Shown: positions 51,017 to 60,757 of the stretch, one piece after another
How positions within the stretch are numbered: the stretch's first letter is position 1
Layout: each line of letters opens with the position of its first letter
Assembly: GCA_965223265.1 (NCBI GenBank)
Contig: OZ244999.1
Location: 6,944,001-7,008,000, forward strand
Reading direction: 5' to 3'
From: Planctomycetota bacterium
Lineage (GTDB): Bacteria; Planctomycetota; UBA8108; SXIK01
Length of the DNA stretch: 64,000 nucleotides
Notes under the pieces: generated by a model
Told to the model about the DNA's origin: nothing
The model's database searches: none
The model's input: the letters and a program-made list of their open reading frames with translations, nothing else
Made by a program: the position numbers and the translations under genes

Positions 51017-53121
51017 AACCACGACTCCGCACGCTTCTATTGTGCGGCGCCGCATTCGTCACCGGTGCCATAGCCTCCCGTTTTTTTGCCCCACCGACGT
51101 CAACGATGCCGGACGGTGCAGCGACCGCCGGTTCAGCGGCCGAGCCGACGATCTGGTACTGCTCGATGGACCCGGAGTTCACGCTTCCGCGCCCTGGTAA
51201 ATGCGACATCTGCGGCATGGATCTGATCATACGCCCGCCGGTCGGCGTCGACCCAGGTCCACGCGCGACGGTGGTGACGGAATCGGCCATGAAGCGCGCT
51301 GAGATCGAAACCCGACGAGTCGAGCGACGCTACGTCGAGCACGTTGTCTCTCTCAACGGCAAGATCGACTTCGACGAAACTCAGGTGAAGACGATCACAG
51401 CACGCATGGACGGCTGGCTCGATCGACTCTACGTCGACTATACGGGCATCCCGGTCAAAAAGGGCGACCACCTCGTCGACATCTACAGCCCCGAGCTCCT
51501 CGTGGCGCAGCAATCCCTTCTTGCGGCGCTCGACAGTTACAACGGTTTGGCGAACGCTTCGGCGGAGGAGCGCAAGCTAGCGCTCGGACGCCTCGACTCA
51601 TGGCGCGAACGGCTGCGCCTCGTCGGCCTCACCGCCGAACAGATCACCGCGATCGAGAAGCGCCGAACACCGAGTGATCACGTGCTCATCCTTTCACCGA
51701 TGAGCGGCGTCGTTGTGGAAAAACTCGCCAACGAGGGCGATCACGTCCGCGAAGGTCGAACCATCTACCGAGTCGCGGAGCTCTCGCACGTGTGGGCGAC
51801 GCTCGACGCTTACGAATCCGACCTGCCGTGGCTGCGCTATGGTCAAGAGGTGAGCTTCCACGCCGACGAAGCGCATCCAGGCGAGACGTTCCACGGCAAG
51901 ATCAACTTTATCGACTGGGTCGTCGACGACGCGTCGCGGACCGTCAAAGTCCGCGTCAACGTCAACAACACGGACGGACGGCTCAAACCGGGCATGCTCA
52001 TTCGAGCAGACGTGCGCTCAACCTTGGCACAGAGCGGACGCGTCATGACGCCCCAGTTGGCTGGCAAGTGGATTAGCCCTATGCATCCTGAGATCGTCAA
52101 AGACGGTCCCGGTCAGTGCGACATCTGCGGCATGGATCTGGTGCCCGCGGAAGAACTCTTCGAAGCGCCCCCCGCTGACGCCAAGCCGCCGCTGGTGATT
52201 CCAGCATCGGCACCGCTCGTCACGGGCCGCCGCGCAGTCGTCTACGTCCGACGTGAAGGCTCAAGTCCGCCGGTATTCGAAGGACGAGACGTCGTCCTCG
52301 GGCCGCGCGCCGGCGATCACTACTTGGTGGAATCCGGACTCGAGGAGGGCGAGCAAGTCGTCGTCCGCGGCAACTTCAAAATCGACAGCGCGCTGCAGAT
52401 CGAGCTCAAGCCGAGCATGATGGCACCAGAGGGCGGCGCCGGACCGGCACATCACCACCACCACGGCGGCGAAGGCAGCAGTGGTGATACTATCCACCAG
52501 AACCACGGCGGCGGGGCCCCCGGCGCTGAAGCGCGCGACCATCACGTCGATCCAGCACCGGCCGCAGACGATCCGCATCAGGCCACGCCGAGCGTCGAGT
52601 CGATCACGCTTCTACGCCCGCGGTTGAGTGCACTCTTCGATGCCTACTTCGACGTCAATCGCGCTCTGGCCGACGATCAAAACGACACTGCACGCAGTCG
52701 CTTCGATGCCGTGGGCAAAGCTGTCGAGGCTGTGACCACGGACGACCTCGACGAAGAAGCTCAAAACACCTGGAAGAGCGTTGCCGACGATCTACGCAGC
52801 TCAGTGGCGCGCGGCAGTGCGGCCGCTGACATCGAAACGAGACGTCAGGCGTTCCATGAGCTGAGCCGGGCGATGATCCGCGTCGAGGAGACGTTCGGTC
52901 ACAGCGATGCGGTCGAGTACCACGAGGTTTACTGCCCCATGGCGTTCAAGAATCAAGGTGCCGCTTGGCTACAGCCATCGAAGAAAGTCACCAATCCCTA
53001 CTTCGGGGCCTCGATGCTACGCTGCGGACGCGTTCGACGTTCGTTCACCGCCGTGCCGGTGAAAAAGGATGGCTCGCAGTCGCCTGAGATGAACTCTCAC
53101 GAGGGACACGACCATGAGTGA
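51013..53121 (+). CDS. cusB: CusB-type periplasmic adaptor with metal-binding domains and C-terminal DUF3347-like domain
   Basis: YCSMDP..PGKCDICGM, IYSPEL, LKPGM, PMHPEI..GQCDICGMDL, HHHHH linker, YCPMAF..NPYFG..MLRCG. Confidence 0.88.
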   Translation: MKPRLRTLLLCGAAFVTGAIASRFFAPPTSTMPDGAATAGSAAEPTIWYCSMDPEFTLPRPGKCDICGMDLIIRPPVGVDPGPRATVVTESAMKRAEIETRRVERRYVEHVVSLNGKIDFDETQVKTITARMDGWLDRLYVDYTGIPVKKGDHLVDIYSPELLVAQQSLLAALDSYNGLANASAEERKLALGRLDSWRERLRLVGLTAEQITAIEKRRTPSDHVLILSPMSGVVVEKLANEGDHVREGRTIYRVAELSHVWATLDAYESDLPWLRYGQEVSFHADEAHPGETFHGKINFIDWVVDDASRTVKVRVNVNNTDGRLKPGMLIRADVRSTLAQSGRVMTPQLAGKWISPMHPEIVKDGPGQCDICGMDLVPAEELFEAPPADAKPPLVIPASAPLVTGRRAVVYVRREGSSPPVFEGRDVVLGPRAGDHYLVESGLEEGEQVVVRGNFKIDSALQIELKPSMMAPEGGAGPAHHHHHGGEGSSGDTIHQNHGGGAPGAEARDHHVDPAPAADDPHQATPSVESITLLRPRLSALFDAYFDVNRALADDQNDTARSRFDAVGKAVEAVTTDDLDEEAQNTWKSVADDLRSSVARGSAAADIETRRQAFHELSRAMIRVEETFGHSDAVEYHEVYCPMAFKNQGAAWLQPSKKVTNPYFGASMLRCGRVRRSFTAVPVKKDGSQSPEMNSHEGHDHE

Positions 53122-56100
53122 GTCTTCCTCGTCGCCGCGGCTTGCCGGAGGAACGCTGGATTCCGTTCTTCGCTTCGCCCTCGAGAATAAACTCGTTGTC
53201 GTCTTCCTCGTGGTTGGCATCGTTCTCTCTGGACTGCTCGTCGCGCCGTTCGATTGGGAACTCGGTGGCCTGCCACGCGATCCGTTGCCAGCGGATGCTA
53301 TCCCCGATTACGGTGAGAATCAGCAGATCGTCTTCACCGAGTGGCACGGTCGTTCACCCCAGGACGTCGAAGATCAAGTCACTTACCCGCTGACCGTGTC
53401 GCTACTCGGGATTCCACACGTCAAAAACATCCGCAGCGTGTCGTACTTCGGCTTCTCTAGCGTCCACGTCATCTTCGATGACGACGTTGACTTTTACTGG
53501 TCGCGCAGCCGCATCGTCGAAAAACTGGCGAGCCTTCCTCCCGACACGCTGCCCGAGGGAGTCCATCCCAGTCTCGGCCCCGATGCCACGCCGCTCGGTC
53601 AGATCTACTGGTACACGCTCGAGGGACGTGATCAAAATGGCGATCCCGCCGGCGGTTGGGATCTGGAAGAACTTCGCTCGATTCAAGACTGGCAGATTCG
53701 CTACGCGCTGATGGGAGTAGAAGGCGTCAGCGAAGTGGCGTCTGTCGGCGGTTTCGCGCGCGAATACCAAATCGATGTCGACCCCGACTCGATGCGTGCA
53801 CATGGTGTCACGCTCGATCAAGTTTTTCAGGCCGTCCGCATGTCCAACGTTGACGTTGGCGCACGCACGATCGAGGTCAACCGCGTTGAGTACGTGATCC
53901 GTGGACTCGGTCTTCTCGAATCCACTGAAGACATCGAGCAGACGGTCGTCAAGACGATCCAGAACGTCCCGATTCGCATCCGCGACGTAGCTCACGTCAG
54001 CGAGGGGCCAGCGCTGCGACGCGGCGCGCTCGACAAAGGCGGCGAGGAAGCGGTTGGCGGCGTTGTCGTCGTCCGCTACGGCGCCAACCCACTGACGACG
54101 ATTCGTGCGCTGCAGTTAGAGATTGACCGCATATCGGCGTCGCTGCCGAAGAAGATTCTCGACGATGGCACCGTTAGCACGGTCACGATCGTTCCCTTTT
54201 ACGACCGCACAGGGCTCATCCACGAGACTCTGGGTACGCTCAGCCGCGCCCTCGTCGAAGAGATCATGGTCACCGTCATCGTCGTCCTGCTGATGGTGAT
54301 GCACGTGCGGAGTTCTATCCTGATCTCGGGATTATTGCCGCTGGCGGTCCTCCTCTGTTTCGTGGGCATGAAACTGCTTGGTATCGATGCAAACGTCGTC
54401 GCGCTGTCCGGTATCGCGATCGCCATCGGCACGATCGTCGACGTCGGCATCGTGCTGTGCGAGAACATCCTCCAACACTTGAAACGCGCAGATGCCGGAG
54501 CAAATCGCCTCGAGGTGATCTTCCGGGCCAGTCGCGAAGTCGCCGCAGCGCTGCTGACGGCGATCCTGACGACCGTCATCAGCTTTTTGCCCGTCTTCAC
54601 GATGGAGGCAGCCGAAGGCAAACTCTTCAAACCTCTCGCCTACACCAAAACGATCGCTCTGATCGCCTCGGCCGTCGTCTCCCTGATCATGATTCCTCCA
54701 TTCGCGCATTTTCTCTTCACGCGTCGATTCGAAGGGCGTCTACTCCGCTCGGGACTTTCGCTCGCCGCCACGGTTCTTGGCATTTGGATCCTGCTGCGAG
54801 TCAACGTAGCGGCTGGGATCGGAGTCACTCTCTTCGGTCTTTGGCATCTCGTCGCTTCGAGACTTCCAGACAGCGTCCAGCGCTGGGGAGCGCGATGCGC
54901 GACGCTTGCCGTCTTTGCCATCACACTGGTCCTTTTAACGAGCCATTGGCTTCCGGTTGGAGCCGGGAGGAGCTTCGGCGCGAACCTTCTCTTCGTTTGT
55001 CTCATCCTTGGGTCGGTCTTTCTGACCATTGCTGCGCTGCAGCTTTTCTATGAACCGCTGCTGCGCTGGTGCCTGAGTCACAAGCTGGCCTTCCTATCGC
55101 TGCCTTGTCTGCTCGTTCTATTCGGTCTTACGATCTGGCTCGGCGCCGAACGCATCTTCTCCTTCGTCCCCGAATCGATACGACACGCCCAGTCCGGCGA
55201 GGGGAATTCCCTTTGGCAGCGCGTTCGCGGCGCTCTCCCTGGACTCGGCAAGGAGTTCATGCCAAAGCTTTCGGAAGGTTCTTTTCTCGTCATGCCAACT
55301 GTTTCGCCGCACGCGTCTATCGGCGAGGCGATGGACACGTTGAGAAAGCAGGACATGGCGATTCAGGCAATCCCGGAGGTTGACGTAGTCGTCGGCAAAA
55401 TCGGACGCGTCGAAAGTGCGCTCGATCCGGCGCCGGTCTCGATGATTGAGACGGTGGTAACCTACAAGTCGGAATACATTCTCGATCGCTCTGGCCGTCC
55501 CCTCAACTTTCGATACGACGACGAACAGGGTCAGCACGTGCTCGACGAGCACGGCCGGCCGATCGAAGATCCTGACGGTAAACCCATTCGGCAGTGGCGT
55601 GACACGATTCACAGCGAGCAGGACATCTGGAATGAGATTCAAGACGCAGCGACGATTCTCGGATCTTCAGGAGCACCGATGCTCCAGCCCATCGAGACGC
55701 GTTTGATCATGCTTCAAACCGGCATGCGCGCCGCATTGGGGATTAAAGTGTTCGGGCCAGACCTCGAAAGCGTCGCCAGCGCCAGCGTTCAGATCGGCAA
55801 ACTGCTCAGCCAAGTGGGATCGATCGACCCGCGAACGATCTACGTCGAACCGATCCTCGGTAAACCGTACTTCGAGATCGAAATCGACCGCGAGGCGATC
55901 GCGCGCTACGGCATCTCAGTAAGGCGTCTGCAGGACGTGATCGAGGTCGCGATCGGCGGCAAACAATTGACGACCACCATCGAAGGGCGCGAACGTTTCG
56001 CTGTTCGAGCCCGCTACCTGCGCGAGCTGCGCGACACGCCGGAGTCTCTCGGTAAGATTCTTGTCCCGGCGCCCAACGGCACGCACATTCCACTCGCGCA

Positions 56101-56923
56101 GCTGGCAGCGATCGAGTACAAGCTCGGCCCAACGAAAATCCGCAGCGAAGACACCCGGTTAGTCACCTATGTCACCTTCGGGAAGAAGCCCGAGTTCGCT
56201 GAGGTCGAGGTCGTCGAGACGGCGCAGGCGTTTCTGCTTCGTGCGGAAGAATCCGGACGTTTCAATCGGCCCGCAGGCGTGTCCTATGAATTCTCTGGCA
56301 GCTACGAGAACCAGGTCCGATCGTCCCGACGTCTCGCCGTCGTCCTGCCGGCGGCACTGTTCGCCATCTTCGTCCTTCTCTACGTCCAGTTCCGCTCGGT
56401 GGTGACGACTCTGATCGTCTTTTCCGGCGTCTTCGTCGCTTGGAGCGGCGGCTTTCAGATGCTTTGGCTCTACGGCCAGGACTGGTTTCTCGACTTTGAC
56501 CTCCTTGGAGTGAATCTGCGGGAGGTGTTTCACGTCCAGCCCTACAACTTGTCCGTGGCAGTGTGGGTGGGATTTCTCGCTCTTTTCGGCATTGCGACCG
56601 ACGATGGTGTGATCAACGCCACCTATCTCGACCAAGTCTTCGCCGACCGCCGACCACGCAATCGTCAAGAGATCATAGAAGCCGTCGTCGCTGCCGGGCG
56701 GCGAAGGATTCGTCCATGTCTCATGACGGTGGCGACGACCATTCTCGCGCTCGTTCCGGTGCTGACATCAACGGGACGCGGAGCTGACGTCATGGTGCCG
56801 ATGGCCATCCCGTCGTTCGGCGGTATGACCGTCGCGCTGATCACAGTCTTCATCGTGCCAACGCTCTACGCTCTGAAGGAAGAGGTCAAGCTCAGACGCG
56901 GAGCCGTCCACGCGGGAGAGTGA
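53114..56923 (+). CDS. cusA: CusA/CzcA-family heavy-metal RND permease
   Basis: DAIPD..ENQQIVFTEW.GRSPQDVEDQVTYP, LGPDATPLG, GKEFMP, DPAPVSMIET, GFLALFGIATDDG, RIRPCLMT. Confidence 0.93.
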   Translation: MSESSSSPRLAGGTLDSVLRFALENKLVVVFLVVGIVLSGLLVAPFDWELGGLPRDPLPADAIPDYGENQQIVFTEWHGRSPQDVEDQVTYPLTVSLLGIPHVKNIRSVSYFGFSSVHVIFDDDVDFYWSRSRIVEKLASLPPDTLPEGVHPSLGPDATPLGQIYWYTLEGRDQNGDPAGGWDLEELRSIQDWQIRYALMGVEGVSEVASVGGFAREYQIDVDPDSMRAHGVTLDQVFQAVRMSNVDVGARTIEVNRVEYVIRGLGLLESTEDIEQTVVKTIQNVPIRIRDVAHVSEGPALRRGALDKGGEEAVGGVVVVRYGANPLTTIRALQLEIDRISASLPKKILDDGTVSTVTIVPFYDRTGLIHETLGTLSRALVEEIMVTVIVVLLMVMHVRSSILISGLLPLAVLLCFVGMKLLGIDANVVALSGIAIAIGTIVDVGIVLCENILQHLKRADAGANRLEVIFRASREVAAALLTAILTTVISFLPVFTMEAAEGKLFKPLAYTKTIALIASAVVSLIMIPPFAHFLFTRRFEGRLLRSGLSLAATVLGIWILLRVNVAAGIGVTLFGLWHLVASRLPDSVQRWGARCATLAVFAITLVLLTSHWLPVGAGRSFGANLLFVCLILGSVFLTIAALQLFYEPLLRWCLSHKLAFLSLPCLLVLFGLTIWLGAERIFSFVPESIRHAQSGEGNSLWQRVRGALPGLGKEFMPKLSEGSFLVMPTVSPHASIGEAMDTLRKQDMAIQAIPEVDVVVGKIGRVESALDPAPVSMIETVVTYKSEYILDRSGRPLNFRYDDEQGQHVLDEHGRPIEDPDGKPIRQWRDTIHSEQDIWNEIQDAATILGSSGAPMLQPIETRLIMLQTGMRAALGIKVFGPDLESVASASVQIGKLLSQVGSIDPRTIYVEPILGKPYFEIEIDREAIARYGISVRRLQDVIEVAIGGKQLTTTIEGRERFAVRARYLRELRDTPESLGKILVPAPNGTHIPLAQLAAIEYKLGPTKIRSEDTRLVTYVTFGKKPEFAEVEVVETAQAFLLRAEESGRFNRPAGVSYEFSGSYENQVRSSRRLAVVLPAALFAIFVLLYVQFRSVVTTLIVFSGVFVAWSGGFQMLWLYGQDWFLDFDLLGVNLREVFHVQPYNLSVAVWVGFLALFGIATDDGVINATYLDQVFADRRPRNRQEIIEAVVAAGRRRIRPCLMTVATTILALVPVLTSTGRGADVMVPMAIPSFGGMTVALITVFIVPTLYALKEEVKLRRGAVHAGE

Positions 56924-57322
56924 TCGCAACGCAGCAGAAAGGACGACTTTCCCAATCTTGACTACAGCGTTATTCTCCGGCGTAACAGCCGTCCGTTGCA
57001 GAAGAGAAACTTCTAGGTCACGCGGGATTGCGTCAGCGATCGCGTGAGCGATTGCGGTCGCGTGTGGGTGAGCGTAGGCGTGGGTGTGCCGTCGTTCGGA
57101 GTCAGCGACGGAGTGCGGTTGCGTGCGTGGAGGACATGTCGCCGCGACGCCCTGAAGCCGCCGATCGATCCTTAGGACAAGAGTTCCTGAGCCCTCCCTG
57201 CGAAAACACTTATGCAACGCAACTGTAGGGACAGAGCGCCGCCCAGACGTCATGCGGCTGCCCTGCGTGCTTCGTCGCCCGATCCCCACCGTGTAGCGCG
57301 CGCTGATCGACGAGATTCGCTC

Positions 57323-58708
57323 CTATTTCTCTTCTTCTTTCTCTTTAACGTCGATCTTCTCGAGCGCCGTTTTCGCCGCGTCCTTAACGCGCTGATTGTC
57401 GTCGTTCAGAAGCTTCTTGAGAGGCTCGATCGCTGGCTTGGCGTCCGGCGGTCCGATTGTCGTCAGCAGTTTGATCACATCGCAACGTACGTCTGTGTCG
57501 GGATCGGCGAGAAGCTCTGTGAGCTGCGCAACCGCGGGCTTGGCATCGGCTCCAAGTCGCTTCATGATGCCGAGTGCGCGTAGCTTCATGTCGCTCTTCT
57601 TGAGCTCGACCGCCAGCGCCGCAGCGGCCTCGGCACCCATCTCTGCGAGCGCCTGCTCGCTCTGGCTACGCACGTATTCGTCACTGTCGCGGAGTGCCTT
57701 TGCGAGCTGAGGTGCAGCGTCCTTGGCGTCGCCCCCAAGCTGTTTGAGGGTGACCGCGGCGTGGTACCGGACGGTCGCTTCGGCGTCACCAAGGAGCTTT
57801 GCCACATCGCCAACGACTTCGTTCACGGCGTCTCCGCTCACACCGCTCAACGCTCTAACGGCTCCTGCCCGGACGTGCTCTTTGTCGCTCCCGAGTGCCG
57901 CCTTCAAAGCCGCGATCGCCTCCTCACCAAACGAACGCAGCGACTGCGAAGCCCGGTAGCGGACGTTTTCATCGGCATCGTCCAGCGCCGCGATCAGCGC
58001 TGCCACGACGCTCTCGCTCCTGTCGAAGCCATGCCCTAGCGCGCTGACGACTTCGTAGCGGACGGAGGCATCAGCGTCAGCTGCCGACTTGAGCAGGGCC
58101 GCCGTCAACGCCCCAGCCTGCGCCTTATCGCCACCCACCGACTCTGCTAGGCCGGCACCGACCAGTCCCAAAGCTCTCGCGCCACGCCCACGAACGGTTG
58201 CCTCTTTGGAAGCCATTGCCTCGATGAGCGCAGCGGACGCATCCAAGCCAATCGCTCCCAGAGCCGTCGCTGACGCGCTTCCGACGCGCTCGTCGCCGAG
58301 GAGATTCGCCAAGGGCGATATCGCCGCCTTGGCGGCTGGACCGATGCGTCCGAGGGCGACAACGGCGCGTCGACGCAGATCCTCGACGGACAGGGCACCA
58401 ACGAGATCCTCTACGGCCCCGGTCGCCTCGCCACCCATATGGCCGATCGAGCTGACAACTGCTCGTTTGACGACCACTTGACTCTCCACCCGCAGCGCGA
58501 TGAGAAGCGCTTCTGCGATCCGCTTCGCCTCCTGCGTCTCGCCGCGGCTACCGAGCGCCTTGACAGCGTCTAACCGACGGTCAGTATTCTCATCCTTGAG
58601 TGCCGCAATCAAAGACTCCGTAGATCGCTCTCCGCCGTCACCCTCCGCAGCGAAGCCGACAGGCGACATAGACAAAACGATCAGCGTGAGAATCAAGACC
58701 GACCTCAT
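57323..58708 (-). CDS. Secreted HEAT/PBS-lyase repeat protein
   Basis: Start ATG 58708 with AAGGAGGT RBS; signal peptide; repeated L.D....VR..A..AL..IG units. Confidence 0.88.
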   Translation of the reverse strand: MRSVLILTLIVLSMSPVGFAAEGDGGERSTESLIAALKDENTDRRLDAVKALGSRGETQEAKRIAEALLIALRVESQVVVKRAVVSSIGHMGGEATGAVEDLVGALSVEDLRRRAVVALGRIGPAAKAAISPLANLLGDERVGSASATALGAIGLDASAALIEAMASKEATVRGRGARALGLVGAGLAESVGGDKAQAGALTAALLKSAADADASVRYEVVSALGHGFDRSESVVAALIAALDDADENVRYRASQSLRSFGEEAIAALKAALGSDKEHVRAGAVRALSGVSGDAVNEVVGDVAKLLGDAEATVRYHAAVTLKQLGGDAKDAAPQLAKALRDSDEYVRSQSEQALAEMGAEAAAALAVELKKSDMKLRALGIMKRLGADAKPAVAQLTELLADPDTDVRCDVIKLLTTIGPPDAKPAIEPLKKLLNDDNQRVKDAAKTALEKIDVKEKEEEK

Positions 58709-59333
58709 CGGTGACACCTCCTTTGTTTCCAACAGGTCAACCTCAAGCCCGCAAGGAAACGACGAACCAGAGCGGCGCCAGGCAGCAAGATGTCCGTCGC
58801 GCCAAACGACTTTCGTCGTCATTTTGGTAGGGGTTGGGGGTCAAATTGGGACGGACGCAGTGACTCGCGCGAGTCACGAATAGCGGCCTATCAGAAAGAA
58901 AAAAGTGTAACGAAACGGACTGCGTCGACGGCGGGCGGCGCACATCAGCTGCAGTGCAAATTCAGGTTTGACGATCGTTAGCCAAAAGCTTGGTAGCGCC
59001 GAAACTGTCGACCGCAGCTGGCTACCACCGTCTCCGGCATGGCGTCATGCCGACACTTCGCGAGTTAGCAGAACGGCAAGACCCGCGGTAACGACGCCAC
59101 GTGTGGAGTAGCTTACGGACAAGTATGCCAGTTGCCCTAGGGCGATGCAATCCGCCATGCACCTGCCATCAGCCTGCCTGGCCAGCCTCACCGTATGAGA
59201 ACTGAGTCGCTGCGCGACAGGGCGCAAACGCGCACAGTCAACGCAGCTCGCGGGCGCGCGGCTCCACTCGGCTCAGTCACACGCCTCTGACCAAAGGCGG
59301 AGACTGTCCTCGTCGGGTCGGGTGACGCAAGCC

Positions 59334-59513
59334 TAACAGCCTGCCTGAAAAAGTGCTTCGAGCCGAAAACTGGTCTCTTCGCGTCCAGATCGGCCGCGAC
59401 AAACGCAGGTAATCTCCGAGCCCTCTTCTATAAGGCGGCGAGTATTGACGCGGCCCGTCTGGGCGTGAAGAGGCCGGTTTCTCGGCCGAATGACTTTTTC
59501 AGGCGGGCTGCTA
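59334..59513 (+). mobile_element. MITE-like element, copy D
   Basis: TAACAGCCTGCCTGAAAAAGT...ACTTTTTCAGGCGGGCTGCTA; interior homologous to copies B and C. Confidence 0.85.
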
Positions 59514-59659
59514 ACTCGAGTTTGGCCATTTCGCGTCGAGCCTGCCAGCGCCAGGAGCGTCGAGGCCAAGGAGCGACTCGGGCGCGATCCCGCTCGGGTC
59601 GTGGCGGAGGAGTGACGCAGGCATCGGCGCAAGCGAGACTGAAGCTCAACGATTCGGCG

Positions 59660-60220
59660 CTACACGTCGATTCTCAGCGCTGGAATGGCTTCCTTGAGCT
59701 CGTGAACCTTTTCCGCCGTAACTCGGGTTCCGCGGATCTGAAGGTGCGTCAGCTGCTTCAGCCCCTTGAGGTGCTCCACTCCCCGATCCGTGACACTAGT
59801 TCCGTTGAGGCCAAGGTATTGCAGCTGCTTTAATTCCTTAGCGATTAGTTCAAGGCTGCTATCAGTCACGGCGGTGTCGCCGAGTCCCAGGTGCTCCAAG
59901 TCACTTAGAACGGCGATACGTTCCACGTCACGGTCATCCACAACGACAACGTCGCCAGGGTGATAGCCGACACCGGGCAACACACGGACCACTCTCTCAA
60001 AGTAGCCTTCACCGAATACCAAACGAAGGAAGGCGGGCCCCTCGGCATCCGCTCCTACCTTCAGGCCGGTCTTTCTGATGTGACCAATCGCTTCGTGCTG
60101 GTCGTGGTACGGGCTCAGCAACACGACCAGCAATGCTCCCTCCGCGAGACAAAGAGAAACGAGGAAGCCAAGAGCTCACTTCATAGGCCGGGAGGCGACT
60201 GTCCGAATCCTTGTTTCCAT
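59660..60220 (-). pseudogene. Membrane-anchored leucine-rich-repeat protein interrupted by an in-frame TGA
   Basis: AGGAG-ATG at 60220 reads METRIRTVASRPMK*ALGFLVSLCLAEGALLVV... in frame with LRRs LEHLGLGDTAVTD, LQYLGLNGTSVTD, LTHLQIRGTRVT; TGA at 60178-60176. Confidence 0.65.
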
Positions 60221-60757
60221 GGCCGGACTCCTACTCTCCTGGTTGAATGACGAAGCTTTGAAATTTTGGCTCGGACTCTTGACACGATGCGCGAACTGTA
60301 AAGGGTTCTGCGGTCCAAAGAGAAGCACGTCTTCGGAGCCCCCTCAGACTTCCAGATTGTACCCTGAGCTGGGACAACGCGGCGAGATTCTGGCTACGGA
60401 ATTCAAAGGTGACGGCCCATCACACGAACTCTGGTTCCTTCCCAGTAGACGATGACGCAGGCGTTGTACGGACCCACGTGCAAGCTCCTAATGACGACGC
60501 CACCATTTCCCGCGAAAGGAGTCATCACTGCGCCAACGTCTCATCGAAGAGTTACGGATTCGCAACCGTTCGCCAAAGGCGAAGAGTTCCCGAGCCTCTT
60601 CTCCGGTGAGGACCGGCGAGGGCGGCGAGCGGCGCGGGCAAGTGGAATGAAGCAGTGACGGGGCTTTCGCGGCGAACGGGAAGAGTCTCACTCATGCCTG
60701 GGGCTCCAGGACGGCGAGAAGGAGCTCGCCAACGCCGGTCAGCGTATGACATAAGGG

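Noticed and set aside
60245-60700. Possible degraded gene between the LRR and Kelch genes
   Set aside because: Only short broken frames with no recognisable motif.
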